The position numbers and the translations under genes were made by a program. From positions 28,584,001 to 28,648,000 of the forward strand of contig CM119371.1 in NCBI GenBank assembly GCA_051294905.1: DNA of 64,000 nucleotides. Reading direction: 5' to 3'. Source of the stretch: Botryllus schlosseri. Taxonomy: Eukaryota. The number at the start of each line of letters is the position of its first letter. The first letter of the stretch is position 1. Positions 35,761 to 49,302 of this stretch are shown in pieces. The notes under the pieces are model-generated. The model worked only from the letters and a program-made list of their open reading frames with translations, made no database searches and was not told where the DNA came from.

Positions 35761-38700
35761 CTGAAATAGGTCGGGTTTACCAGACATAAAACGGCGGCGA
35801 GTTTGGTGCAATTTAAAAAGTGGTGCAATTTAAAAAGTATCACAGATTTGAGACAATGCCACATCTGCCCAGTACTAATAATTGGCCGCGTACTGCCATC
35901 TGGTTGCCTACAGAGATACTTGAGGACTAGGGCGATTATTTTTTTCCCTAAAAAATTGAAATTTCGACATTTTTTTGACATTGAGAACTTAATTTTGAAA
36001 AATTTTTGTCCCGAAGTATTCAAATTGGGCATTGTTCCATATAATGTTACAGTAGCAGTACTTTTCTACATTTCCTGCGAGAACTGTCGGTCCTTACGAA
36101 GTAGCTTGGCGAGAACAAAGAAGAAACGCTCAATAGCAACAGATCTGTTGCTCCATACCGACAATCTTGTCAATGAGTCGCACTTTTTAGACCGCGACCC
36201 GCCTGGCTATGCGCCTGGTCTTGAGGCCCACCAAAAAACACTCACTTCAAAATAATATGGTCAGGCTGCTGTATCCAGAATTCCACGTCTGGAAACGGTC
36301 GATATGAGAAAGGTTCCATCACGAAACAATTGTCTTCCATCCTGCCAACACAAATGCAAGAAATGAAGTCTAAGCTGCAAAAAGTTTATTTGTTGGAGAT
36401 GTCAGGCGTAATCACCATACATTAGTTACACTCAGGGTTGTAATGAGTCGAGTCATGACACGATTTTCTGATCACTCGACTTGACTCAAGTCATTTTCTC
36501 AAATTACGGAAATGACGACTCGACTCGAGTCAATCTGTGTATTGACTCGACTTGGACTCGAGTCATTGCGCATGACTCGAACCAAGTCATATGACTCGAG
36601 ACTCAGGCCCCTAAGACCGACATTTCATTGTAATTACGAAGAATAGTAATGTAGCCACACTATTGGGATTTCGTCTATTGGTACTGGTACTTGAAAATGC
36701 GACCAGAAACTGCAAAAAGTGATGAAATTAGTATACTATAAATGCGAACCATTCGATATCCCCAAACAGAGTTATAGAAAGTGGGTTTAACTGGAAACTG
36801 ATAAGTCAAGACAATGACTTGGACTCGGACTCGACTCGGACTTGACCCTCTGCTCGCTGTCTTGGACTCGGACTTGACTCGGTGGTGAATTGAAAATGAC
36901 TCGACTCGAGTCAAAACTATAAAAATGAGATTGATTTGTGACTCGGAGCCTTGTGACTTGGTTACAACCCTGGTTACACTGGATAAGTATTAATGCAGGC
37001 TCTCTGTATAATAACTTTGAGCTTCGAGTATTGTTGAGTTTTGAATACCACCTAACATGACGTCAAAACAGTAATAATGACTTTAAAAGTTCTAATATGT
37101 ATCTCTTTAGCAAGATAAATGCTGCCATTTACATGCCATTCAAAATAATTACCAATTTCTGAACCTTTGTGCCTGCTTTGTGACCTATTTGAGGCTCGAT
37201 TACTACTTCACAGAATTGTCGTTCGGTGATCATTTGTAGAGTTATGTAACGTGTTTTTTGACGCTGAGATATGGCTAACTAAGGTTTGAAGACTCTAATG
37301 ACGTAACTGTTGTATTGAAACTGTATTTTTCATTGATAAAATATTGCTTGAAAAAAAGCGGATCTCACTACTCTGCTAGAGTACGGTTTTACTGAAGTCA
37401 TTGTGTCCAGCCCTGATAATAACATCAGTTAGACGCAATGCCTCATTAGCCGGAACATATTTTATGATTTTTTGGGCTGTCACACGATAGCGGCATCCGC
37501 CATAGCTATGCAGTTACAGCACAGGTCTCGTAATCTGTCAGCTGGGGTCCAAATATTTATTATACTCAAGTTAATATTCGATGTTATTCAATCTGACTGC
37601 TTCTTGCGCTAGAGATTCATGAATGTTTCAATTCCACGGGAAAGGCTACTGGGCGAAGCATACTGGTTCTTTGAGACTTGCTTGCCAAACCCCTAAGGAT
37701 TTACTTTTACTTTCAATTCACCCATTTTCTCGAAAAGCAGGTGGGCTAAAACTCGAAAAGCAGGTGGGCTAAAAGAGGGTTTAGGACATATTTGCATCAA
37801 AAAGCGTCATAACTGTCAGGCAGTAAATAGGTGTGTGCGTGTGACTTCCATCATTAAAAGCCTCGAGGCCACTTTTAGAAACCACTGCTTGTTTGTATTC
37901 GATTGAAACTGGTAAGGTTACTTCAACTATCTGAGTCATATTAATGACTATTATGACCCATCTTAGCTGAGCGTGAAATTCTTGAATTACTTTTCACATC
38001 ACAAGTACAGAGTGGCCTTCGTCTCAAGTTACATATATTTTCAAAGGGTCTGCTCTAGGCACCAGTCATCTGTGCAGAAATCATAGATAATACAAAAGGA
38101 TATGTAAATTCTTAGCTAAGCTAAGCTAAGCTAAGCTAAGCTAGATAGTACTAAGCTAAATAGCTAAGCTAAGTGTGAATAAAAGAAAGAATTTGCATCT
38201 TCAGGTCAAGATAGAGGGCATCAAGCACGCACCAACACACTGGAGAATGGACTAGTATACTTATAATGAAATGAACCCGCCATCAGGGGTAATCCTCAGC
38301 AACTAGTAGAGAATTGGAAAGAACATTGTACATCAACAATAGTATCCTCTTACAAATTCTCTCTAATCGGCAGCAACTTAAGAGAATGGCAAAGAACATT
38401 GTGTATCAACAATGATATTGCCTTCGAAATTCTCTCTAATCCTCAGCAACTAATAGAGAATTGCAAAGAACATTGTAGGCCTATATCAACAATCTTATTG
38501 TCTTTCCAATTCTCTACTAGTTGCAGACTATTACCCCTGAGAAGTGTCAGGTATAAATATCCATATATATTTCAATGTGAATATACTAATCAATTGCTCA
38601 ATTTCACTTTAAAAATCCACAATTTGCTTGCTACTATTTTTCTGCACATTTTCAAGACAAAGTTCTATGGAAGTGAGACAGAAACATGTTCCTTCCGCAG

Positions 38701-41700
38701 ATTTTAAGCCCAAAACTGGTTTTCTAGCATAAGCGGTTATCAAGATATAGCAAAATTAGCTATTCTTGGCTCGTTTGGTGAAATTGCACGGTCACTAGAG
38801 GGTTCACGAACCTGAAATCACGATAGAAGTAATTCGTTCGAGATTTGGGACCAAATATCAATGGAGCACGTTTTGAAATTCAAATTTTTCTATTTTTTCA
38901 CTCCACACATTTTAATGGTAATAGTAATACCATCCTTAAACAAAACGGTAAACAACATTTTTCGGCAATCAAAATTGATTGTACCCAGTGACACAAGTGC
39001 TTGATCATTGCAAGAATTATATCTATATTAATACTATAATACATAATGTACCCACGCCACACCCAACTATTCATTCTGACTGGAGGTGTGTAACCAGTGA
39101 CCCCCATAGAAAAGAATTGCTGCCTTCCAATAAGTGTTAATTTAAATGACGTGGACCTTGACTGTGTGTAATTTAACTTGGTATGATAGGTTTGCGCTAA
39201 GCTCTAGTGGTCTCAAGGAATATTCATAATAATACTTAGACCGTTTCTTCAACCTTTCTTTCTAGCGCAGACCACTAAAATATTCCGGGTGGCTGCGTGA
39301 ACCCCCTAATCTTGAAATTTGGGAAGCTGATGAATGAAAGGTCATCACGTTCATGTTGAATATAAGACAGAATAAAAAGACACGGTTCAAACATGAGAAC
39401 AAATTTTACAGACGACGATGAAGTTTTATAGTTGTACTTGTAGTCTTAATATTCGCATTGCATGGACTCCTTTTACCTTATCCAAGGACCCCAGGTAATA
39501 AACCGTGGACTAAAATATGCACATGCTTACTCTGCGCATGAATACTAATTTATTTGACCAGCTGAAAATTTGGCTGTTCACGATTGTTATCCATAATTGC
39601 ATAATGCATACCTAGTTTAACGACTAATTCCTGATGAGGTGGCTGGCCTTGAAATTGGGTCTTCACAGCAGGCTTGTGCGAAACTGATCAATCTCTGAAG
39701 TTTGCTTTAATCATAAAACAACTCGTGCTTTGTGCTTATTACTACACCGACTTCCGTACCAGTAGGCTGAGATCCAAAAACAGTTTTGAAAATCTCAGGG
39801 TGAAGGTTTTAAATTGCAATATTGCCGCACAAAACTCTCCTTTTTGGTTGTCCAATTAAACCTAGCTTCGCTCACTCATACAGTTGGTACATTAGTAACA
39901 TATTTCAGTGCACTAAGATTCAGTCTGAAATGCCGGAAGTTTGGATTGTAAACGAGTGGAGAACCTAATCACAAGACTTAGTATAAACTAAACAAGGGCA
40001 ACGTTATTGCTGCTTCTCCGGCTACAGGAAGTACCCTTACTTACAAAGCGTAACATCAACCATTTCAAGTCGATGCATTATAAGTTGCAGCAATGAAAAG
40101 CCGTCAAAATTCATGGCAACTTCGTAAGTTGCATCAATTTGTAATTTTGTAAAGCGCTACCGTGCCATTATGTGAATTTAGTAAACGTAGTAGCAGCATC
40201 TTGTGAACAACATTGGAGCGAGAGCTATCTTTCAAAGAACCGACACTACACTTATATCTTGCCTGCTTGTCAAAAAGGTTACAAACCCCTGGTCCTACTG
40301 ACAGAACGGCAAAATATTTCGCCAGCATACTTCGCTTACTCGCCATAAAAAATTTAACATTCTCAGCACTACGGGATGACAATCTCATTTCACCGTTTAC
40401 AGCTTTGCTCAGAGGCTTTTGACAGTGATGGGAATAAATCAAAGCAACTTTTGAAAAATGCAACGAGCGTAGAATAGCAAACTTCCGGAATTCTTGTGTG
40501 TTATTTTAGTTAGAATGCAGACTGTGCAGGACGCGTCCAAACGCTAGCCCAGAAGGAAATAACGGTCCATTACTCATGTCAACTGTCACCACCATGATAA
40601 TATGTTGATAAAAAAATGAAGTGTGCAACGATATCGGAACAACACAGGATAGTTCCTGGTTTCTCTAAACGCACCGCAGTATGGCTTTAGTGGGCAAGGG
40701 TCTCAATTCATTATATCATTTATCAACGCACAGGAAGTTTCTAGACAACAAAATATCACAGTAATCAAATATTTCCTTGGATGTCCAGTAAAAATATGAC
40801 CGCAAAGATCACTGTTCAGCTCACACAGCGCAGAGCCATGGGCGTAGGCGGGAAGAGAGTAATCGGTGTCCAATATCCCCCTTCCCAAGCTCAAATATCC
40901 ATCCTCTTGCACCCGAAAGCTAGCTCTCTGGTATATCTTAGTGTAACTGTTCATTCGGGATTAGATGCCCGATAAGCGTATTCACAGAACAATGAATGCG
41001 GAGATACCCTTTTCCTCCTATTCATCGCAATTAGCGTATCACGTTACGTTGCAGCAAAAGATCTCGCCATTGCGCGTTCAAATGAGCACGAGACCTAGGC
41101 TTGTATCGTTAGAGACATCCGGATCCCTACAGTACCAAACAGATTGTTCTGATCAAATGTCCGATATGGAATTACCAGGGTTGTTATGTATGACTCGAGT
41201 CACAATTTTCTGATGACTAGACTTGACTTGAGTCATTTTTTCAAAATACAGAAATGACTCGACTCGAGTCGATTTGTGTATTGACTCGAGACTCAGACGG
41301 CCAAGACCGACATTTCATTGTAATTTCAAAGAGTTGAGAAGTAACCACCCTTCTGGGATTTTGTCTGATTGGTACTGGTACTTGAAAATGCCACCAGAAA
41401 CAGCTAAAAGTTAGGAAAATTAGTATATTATGAATGCGAAACATTCGATATCACCAAATATAGTTATATAAAGTGAGTTTAACAAGACTTTAACTGGAAA
41501 CTGAGCAGTCAACATAATGACTTGGACTCCGACTCGAGTCATAATACCATGAATTGGACTCGACCCTCTGCTCGCTGACTCTGATTCGGACTTGACTCGG
41601 TAGTGAATTGAAAATGACTCGAGTCAAAACAATAAAAGTGAATTTGACTTGTGACTCGGAGCATTGTGACTTGGTTACAACCCTGGGAATTCCTCACATA

Positions 41701-44700
41701 TTGATCCAACTCACTATAAAAACCTGGTAACTTGGTTACAAGCCTGAGCTTTAAAACAAACTCACCTGAAGATATTCGGCATGTAATGCACCCCGTTGAG
41801 CGATCTCGCCCCTCTTAAATCGGAAGCAGGCAATCTAGTATCGCTATCGAAAACGGCCGGAGCCAAGAGTCCCGTTTTGGCATCACAAACGACCCCGAAT
41901 ATCCCCGGAGAATTTACGGATACGGTACGTTGGCTCTTGCGGACCTTTTCGACAATCGTGTTGTTCAGCGAGGATGCGCAGAACGTTTTCAGATGCATAC
42001 GCGCCGTCGGTGTGCCTGCAAAGAGAAAACAGTAGAAGTAGTATTCTATGCTTAATTTTGACTAGAAGAATCAATACTGTTAAGTAGAATTAGTCTAACA
42101 CAGTGGTTCCCAACCTTTTTCGAACCATCGCCCCCTTTTCAAGCTTAACACCGATCATCGCCCCCCAGATTTTGTGTACCGAAAAATGGGCATACAAACT
42201 GTAATCACCGGCGGGTTGACTAGACTCAGAGCTCAAAATAACGTTTTTCTCTCTGCATTGCCAGATGGATGACTATCCACCGCCCCCATGACTATCCCAT
42301 ATCGCCCCCTTGGCTGATTTCGCCCCCTGTCGCCCCCTTCGTCCATTTTCGCCCCCCTATCGCCCCCTTCGTCATTTTCGCCCCCCTGGACCGCCAAATT
42401 GCCCCCTGGGGGGCGATATCGCCCACGTTGGGAACCACTGGTCTAACATATTAACCACTCAAGTAAACTCTGAAAGTAGCAGCCTGTTAGTAATGACTCG
42501 AGTCACGATTTTCTGACGACTCGACTTGACTCGAGACGTTTTCTCAAAACACGGAAATGACTCGACTCGAGTCAATCTGTGTATTAAGTCGACTTGAACT
42601 CGAGTCATTGCGCACGACTCGAACCAAGTCATAATTGTGACTAAGGACTAAGACGACCAAGACCGCCATTTCATTGTAATCTCAAAGAATAGGAAAGTAA
42701 CCACACCGTTGGAATTTCGACTATTGGTACATGTACTTGTAAATGCGACCACAAACTGCTAAAAGTGAGGAAGATTAGTACCGTAATTTTCCATGTATAA
42801 TGCGCAAAATTTTACCGATTTTTTGCCCTAAAATAGGGGGGTGCGTATTATACATGGGTGCAGCAAGCCTTGAAAAAAAATCCCTCAATCAAAAACTTCA
42901 AATCACACCTTTCTTCATGTTTGTTTAAATCACGCATCAGCTCTACCCATTGGGCCCCGTAATTCGTATTATAGAGTGTGACGCGCTGCCAAATAGAGAA
43001 GCGTGTTGCCAATTAACGAAAAGCGTGTTGCTAATTAATGTGAGTCGCCTGCAAAGCACTCGATCTCTTGCTGAGTTGGTTTGCCGTTTGTACGCGAGCG
43101 AAATTAGGTCGCTGATTGCCACAAGCGTGCGCGGCAATCCTTGTTGATTCATCGCCTCAACGACAGGCATTAACAATCACATACACTAGAGGACATGTGC
43201 GCAAGATATAATCGATTGCGTAATCAGTCGCATCTCCAACAGGACTGGTGCGCCCGACATAACCCTTGGCCTGAGCAATCGCATCTGTAATTCTAATAGG
43301 CCACGTGCGCAAGATGTCGTGTGTCGCTAGCCTGAACTATCGCGTCGCCGATCTCGCAGGCTTGGGCTACTATCTACTCTTGTTTAGAGACAATGCCGTT
43401 AATTGTATTATGATTAGCGATCATTATGTCATGATTGTTCGACAGTGACATCGCAAAACAGAACAAAATCGAATACTAAAACGCAACTATTCATGTACTG
43501 CGAATGCAGAGTGCGTGCTATATATGGGTACAGGCTTTTTCCCAGAATATACACGTCATTTTAAGGGTGAGTATATGGGGGCGCACTATATTCGGAAAAT
43601 CACGGTATATTATTAATGTGAACAATTCGATGCCGCCAAACAGAGTTATAAAAAGTGGGTTTGACAAGACTTTAATTGGAAACTGAGCAGTCAACACAAT
43701 GACTTGGACTCGAGTAATAATACCATGACTCGGACTTGGCACTCTGTTCGCTGACTTGGACTCGGTGGTGAATTAAAAATGACTCGACTAGACACGGTTC
43801 GAAACTATAGAAGTGAGATTGACTTGTGATCTGAGCCTCGCCACTTGGTTACAACCCTGGCAAGTAGTAGGCTACAGCTGGTAGGCGATCTCTAGTAGCC
43901 AAGTAACATGTCCTGGTATATCGCATGTAATACTGCGCTGAATAAGTAACTTATGAGTCAGCCTTTCTTGTTAGATCTTCAACCAAAGTGGGTAGAGTTT
44001 TGAGTCGAAATTCGATAATATACAGAGTAGGGTTGTTCTGAAATAACTATTATTCCGGACTCCGGGATTCACTGATTAGCCTAAATTGTTAGTTTGCCTA
44101 AAAAACGCTGTATACCGAATTTGGCTCGATTCCAACTGGCGGGAGTTTGAAAAATTGAAATTTACGATAAAAATTTTAATAAATTCTTCCAAATTTTACC
44201 GTAATCCCCGCAAAATCGGTGAGTCGTCTACAAATACGATGCAAAACAAATTTAAATCAATTCCAACCCGTATTTGAGTTTTTCAATATTAATTCTAGGA
44301 TCACCCACCGTCCGGGCTATTTTTGCGAATCCAACATTTTCGACCGCAATAACTTCGCTTATACTAGTTGGAAGTGAGAAAAAATGATCAAGCATCGTTC
44401 TTTAAGACAACTCAACAATTTTATGGGGTTGACAAGTAAAATTTGAAAAAACATTTTCAAGTTTTTTATAATAAATTCAAAATTTTCAAACTCCTGTGTG
44501 TTCAGCGAATTTCTAGGCAACCTAACCTTTCCATCAGTGAACCCCCGGAATCCAGTGAAAAAAGTCACTTTTGAGCAGCCCTAATACAGACTCGCAGTTT
44601 CATAGACGCTCAAACGAGAGACTAACGTCTACAAGCATTGAGTAATTGATATACGATTACCATAGCATGCGCAATTTGAAATAGGCCAAAGTAATATAGT

Positions 44701-47700
44701 AAGCTCCATGCTAGATATGGGGGGGGGGGGGATCACGCAAGACCATATCAAGTTACACAAAACCTACTCTATTAGCCAACCCTGGAAATTATAGGTATGC
44801 AACTTCGTCACTGACCACTAGGGCTCTTCAAAAATGACTTTTTTCTCAAATCGTACTGGCCAAGATAAAATTGTTAGGTTACCTAGTTTAGGCCTACACA
44901 CAAAATTTGGTTCAATTCCAGCCAGTAACCGCTTTGCTACAGGAGAAAAAAGTTTCTATTTATTATGTAAAAATGAATAATATTAAATTTGAGAATTTTC
45001 TGTTCACCCCATGAAAGTGTTAGGCTGACTATAGAAAAAATGCTCACCAAATTAGGTTCAATTCCAACCAGTGGAAGCGGAGTTATTGCCGTCGAAAAAT
45101 TTGAATTTGAATAAAATAGTATTTACGGTGACCTATTCTTTATTTATTTATTATAGTTGTGCTCACCGTAAATACTATTTTATTCAAATCCAAATTTTTC
45201 GACGGCAATGACTCCGCTTCCACCGGTTGGAATTGAACCAAATTTGGTGAGCGTCGTTTCTATAGACAGCCTAACACTTTCATGGGGTGAACAGAAAATT
45301 CTCAAATTTTTCGTTGTTTATTTTCATGTAATAAATAGAAACTTACTTCTCCTGTAGCAAAGCGGTTACTGCCTGGAATTGAACCAAATTTGGTGTATAG
45401 GCCTAAATTAGGTAAACTAACAATTTTATCAAGTAGCCAGTACGATTTGAGAAAAAAAATCATTTTTGAAGAGCCCTACTACTGACCACCTCTAGTTACC
45501 ACAAATTCTGTCAGAATCTAGCACTGATTCATCCTTCTGATTCTGATAAATCCAGAAGATTAACAAAATAATCCGAGGATTTAGTACATAATCCATGTTT
45601 TAGCATCGCAAAGAAAGATGGCGCGTATGACACGTACTACCTACCTCTCTTAGCCTTGTAATAATAAAATTCCTTCAACAGTTTCACAGAAAGTTCTTCC
45701 GAATGAAGCTTCTCATCACTGAATCCGCCGACGATGTGAAGATCCATATCTAAATTTGTTACAAGGATTTAAAAGGTTGCCGCACAAAACTCGGGATCAA
45801 CCCAAAACCCACTCAGGAATACATTATGCTCAATCGAATATAAATGGGAAATTATCTAAAATTGCAGTGTGCAAACTTTTTGATAAACGGGTAAGATTTC
45901 GATATCGGGCCGCAAATTGCCCTGCCTGTATAGGCCTACCTCATAAGAAAATGGTAACGGTGTTGGCTGTCAAGATTGTAGCGTTAGATCAAAAAATGGC
46001 AAAATTGTTCACGAAGTTATAATTGTTATGCAACCTGGTCTTTGTTTGTATCGTAGATTTTGCGCTGTCTGTGAACTTATCATTTGACATTTTACAGCTT
46101 GCAGCCTACTTTATAGGCCTACCGTTGTAGACGGCCTATTGTCTGCTCATTGTGAAGCATAAACATTCAAATGAAACAAATAGGTTGACTTGACATGGTG
46201 TTCACCGCAATATCCTAACTGAAGCAAGACTGCGTGAGCATTGCATGGTTCTTATATCAAGAAGCGCATGATGAAAAATTGCGATACAACATTGTCAGAA
46301 TGAAGAAACACGGTGTGTCACCAGCAGTGTACGCACAACTTCAGTGCTGTCAGCCAACAACTGTTACTGTTGGGCATTCTTTCTCCGTTATTGGCAAGCT
46401 AAAATGACAGACACTTTCTACCCGAAAATGTAGGAAAGTATCTTTCGTTGTAGCCTACTACAACAAATTCAATTATTTCTACCATAATACGTGATGCAAC
46501 TACTAGAATTCTTCATAGGGCCAGATTTCGTAAAAATAAAGTTTTTTCGTGTAAAAATTTGTCAGTTTTTGAGTCAAAAAAGTTTTTCCAGGTCAAACTA
46601 CTTCACAAGGACAGACAGTTCCAACCAGAAATGAAGATAAGTAGTTCAATTGTAACATTATGTGGGGAAAACAATCAATTTACAAATGCTAGGTCAAAAT
46701 TTGGTCAAAATTAGGTTTTTTAGGGTATAAAAATAACAAAATTTTGATTTTTTAGGTCAAAATCTTACTTTTTATCGGTAAAAAATCGCTCTAGTGATGG
46801 CAAAACGATCAATTAAATTCAATATCAAACTGCACTTCATATTTAGTAACGCCCGGAAGTAGGTTATTGGTTAGTAGGTAATTCAATCTTTTTTTCAGAA
46901 ATATTCATACGCAAAGTCAGCATATCCATATTTTACCGGCACTGGTACCACTATAAAATCTACACTTGAATCTGATAGACAGGTAGGCTTACAGACAACA
47001 ACTGCATTACTATATTAATCTATTCAAAGCATTAAAACAACATCACAATGTCATTATGATGACTAAACTGTTCCACAACAGCCAGAATATCAATATTTGC
47101 ACAAATGCCATTGAGAATTTGTGATAGCGTACTACGGTATCGACGAGTGTAAGATGGTGAAGAAATTATATCTAAGTATATTGAACTATGTCAACAGTAA
47201 ACAGTCACGGAACAGTTCACATCCGAGCAATTAAACAGGGTCAATTCAAAGACTAAATAATTTGGAATCAGTCGCCCAATCTGTTAATATAATTGAGAAG
47301 CATTCAATCTGTTGAAGCACAAATAGCATTGAATATGCGATTCATAATAAAAGACAATTGGTAAGACTCGCATTCAAAATAACTGCCTTTATTAGGTGCA
47401 AATGTCCTTGGCATGCAAAAACATCATTGCCTTGTGCTTAAAACTGGACTAGGACAAAAAAATCTGGTTCTAGAAGGATCAGCTTAGTATCGAACTATGT
47501 TTCCACTTTTGACCAATACATTTACCATCATTAAAAGATGGGTGCTTGTGAGCTCAATTATTGCCAATCAAATCTCTTCGAAGGTCTTATGCCATTACAC
47601 TAAGCATCACCCACAACACTACGTGTGAATCAGCCTTCAAACTAGCATTTATATTTACCTATAACACCGCCCTGTATTGAGCCACAGCGCGATACACTTT

Positions 47701-49302
47701 CCTGTAGAACTTTTCCAACCATGTCATCAACGCCCTGTTCTGTGCAACTCCCATCAAAATGTCCCAGCGCCACGACCCTGGTGCTACCGTGATAGAGTAC
47801 GACAATGTGACAAGTTGTGGCCATGTCTGATCCAATTTTCATGAACTGTGTAAACAGAAGGTGAAAGCATTGCACAGTCTGACTCCAGTTCAAACAATGG
47901 TTATTATATTCATATTGCAGGTAGAGCTACTAGTCAACACCGCTGAAGCTATACTCGTGTGCTTTTGTTTTGTACATAATACGTTGATTAGTGTTGTTGC
48001 TGATTAAAGTATCAATCAAGTGGTTGGACATTGAGCAAGGTATCGATATTGGGGGCCTTCTCATGGATACAGGAACATCTTATATGCAGCAAAGACTTGC
48101 AAAATCTGATGGATTTTTAAAATACACACTAGAACTTCCCACTGGAATCTCGGTACATTTTGCCTAATATAACAGGTGAGCAATGATTCTCCAAGTTAAA
48201 GTTAATAAGGCATCGGGCACTCTAGGCCGAGGTGGATGTTAGAGTAAAGGATCGCTACTGATGCGTGTCGTTCGGCATCCTCCTATCTGTTCATGACATC
48301 GCATTGTACATTGTGTGTTACTTGTTTAGATGAAAAATATTACCTAACGATAATAATAAGGCGCTCACAGGTCACTGGGAATTGTGTGAGCACAGGAAAC
48401 CGATTCCATACTGTAGGCTAGAACTACAACCATTCAATTTTCAAAATTGAAATTCTGGAACTAACCTTTAAAAAAAAAATCGGCAACCACTAACTAAACA
48501 CAACTAAATATATTAATTCAGAAGTAACTTATTATTATTTATTTTATCGGAACCCGATTGGCTTTCAAAAGACTAGCGTTTCAAGTTTGAAATGGAAGAG
48601 GTTCTGACTTGAGGTGACCTCCAATAATGCAAAACCCACCCACTGGCCACTGAGGCCTTGGCTACTCCACTAGTAATGACTGTGGGCTAGCAATGGCTGC
48701 AAGAATTTCACAAAACAGAACACCGGTGTCACATGCTTCTTAGTCTGACGCAGCAGGCCCCTCTTCAATATTAACATCATTGCAATTCAACTACTGTAAC
48801 ATTCATTTTCAAGATGTCACTCAATTTTCAGAGTATGAATGCACTTGCAGTATACAAATATCTCGTCTTTCTCTAATAGTAAATAGACTTGGCATACCGG
48901 ACAGGTGCCGTCTCCAGCTAACACAGCAAATTCTCTCTGGTTGACATACAGAGTAGCATCCTTATTGGAAATTTCGATAACATCTTGAAGTATCAGCTGC
49001 GAAGAGCCAGTTTCAAAGTAATTTTTGTAGGTCTGCAATATGAAGAAGCTGTTCAGGATAGTGTACTGTACGATTTATTAATAAGTCCACATAGAAAGTC
49101 ATAATAACAAGTTAGTCAATGATTGAGACATTGTCGAACTCTACTTTACAGGATGCAAACTGCACAGTTCACAGTTGGAAACCAAACATCATTCTCGGTT
49201 CGGTTGTAATCGACTGTCGACACTCACCTTAACAAATGACTGAAATTGGGACAAAGTCTGTTCGGGGTTTGGCACCAGCTCGTCTTGAACAAAGAGAGCC
49301 AT
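35589..49302 (-). CDS. NTAN1: Protein N-terminal asparagine amidohydrolase (whole gene span; 7 coding exons, ~339 aa)
   Basis: Spliced 1020-nt ORF with LYVNQREFAV, IGSDMATTCHIVVL (catalytic Cys motif, human GSDDATTCHIVVL), GHFDG, LHIVGGFSD, PFPDVEFW and STSPDVEPDNFCDHIRETL, all matching recalled human NTAN1 motifs. Confidence 0.96.
36246..36341 (-). CDS. NTAN1: NTAN1 exon 6
   Basis: ttggcag|MEDNCFVMEPFSYRPFPDVEFWIQQPDHIIL(K)|gtgagt. Confidence 0.93.
36433..36972. mobile_element. hAT MITE family A
   Basis: Both TIRs; perfect 8-bp TSD GTTACACT. Confidence 0.93.
38114..38173. repeat. (TAAGC)n pentanucleotide microsatellite
   Basis: A run of about six AGCTA units followed by degenerate copies. 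Confidence 0.88.
41176..41685. mobile_element. hAT MITE family A
   Basis: Both TIRs; TSD GGAATTAC/GGAATTCC. Confidence 0.92.
41766..42015 (-). CDS. NTAN1: NTAN1 exon 5
   Basis: tttgcag|(G)TPTARMHLKTFCASSLNN...PGIFGVVCDAKTG...DLRGARSLNGVHYMPNIF(R)|gtgagt. Confidence 0.93.
42101..42440. mobile_element. hAT MITE with TCGCCCCC subterminal repeats
   Basis: CAGTGGTTCCCAAC...GTTGGGAACCACTG; perfect TSD GTCTAACA. Confidence 0.93.
42480..43859. mobile_element. hAT MITE family A interrupted by a TA-targeting element
   Basis: Family A halves at 42480-42780 and 43608-43859; TSD GAAAGTAG/GCAAGTAG. Confidence 0.87.
42781..43605. mobile_element. Non-autonomous TA-targeting (pogo/Tc1-mariner-like) element
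   Basis: TA|CCGTAATTTTCC...GGAAAATCACGG|TA; the host MITE sequence resumes with a duplicated TA. Confidence 0.88.
44028..44583. mobile_element. hAT MITE related to family B
   Basis: TAGGGTT...AGCCCTA; TSD ATACAGAG/ATACAGAC. Confidence 0.85.
44819..45478. mobile_element. Foldback hAT MITE family B (full length, 660 bp)
   Basis: Two ~310-bp inverted arms around a ~30-bp AT-rich spacer; CTGACCAC on both flanks, offset by 3 nt on the right. Confidence 0.92.
45645..45749 (-). CDS. NTAN1: NTAN1 exon 4
   Basis: atttag|(D)MDLHIVGGFSDEKLHSEELSVKLLKEFYYYKAKR|gtaggt. Confidence 0.93.
47659..47845 (-). CDS. NTAN1: NTAN1 exon 3 (catalytic Cys)
   Basis: acacag|FMKIGSDMATTCHIVVLYHGSTRVVALGHFDGSCTEQGVDDMVGKVLQESVSRCGSIQGGVI|gtaaat. 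Confidence 0.95.
48212..48360 (+). mobile_element. 5'-truncated SINE 3' end
   Basis: Matches 60279-60425; ends in (ATA)n; flanked by duplicated TAATAAGGC. Confidence 0.72.
48898..49032 (-). CDS. NTAN1: NTAN1 exon 2
   Basis: ttgcag|TYKNYFETGSSQLILQDVIEISNKDATLYVNQREFAVLAGDGTCP|gtatgc. Confidence 0.93.
49228..49302 (-). CDS. NTAN1: NTAN1 exon 1
   Basis: MALFVQDELVPNPEQTLSQFQSFVK|gtgagt. Confidence 0.87.
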
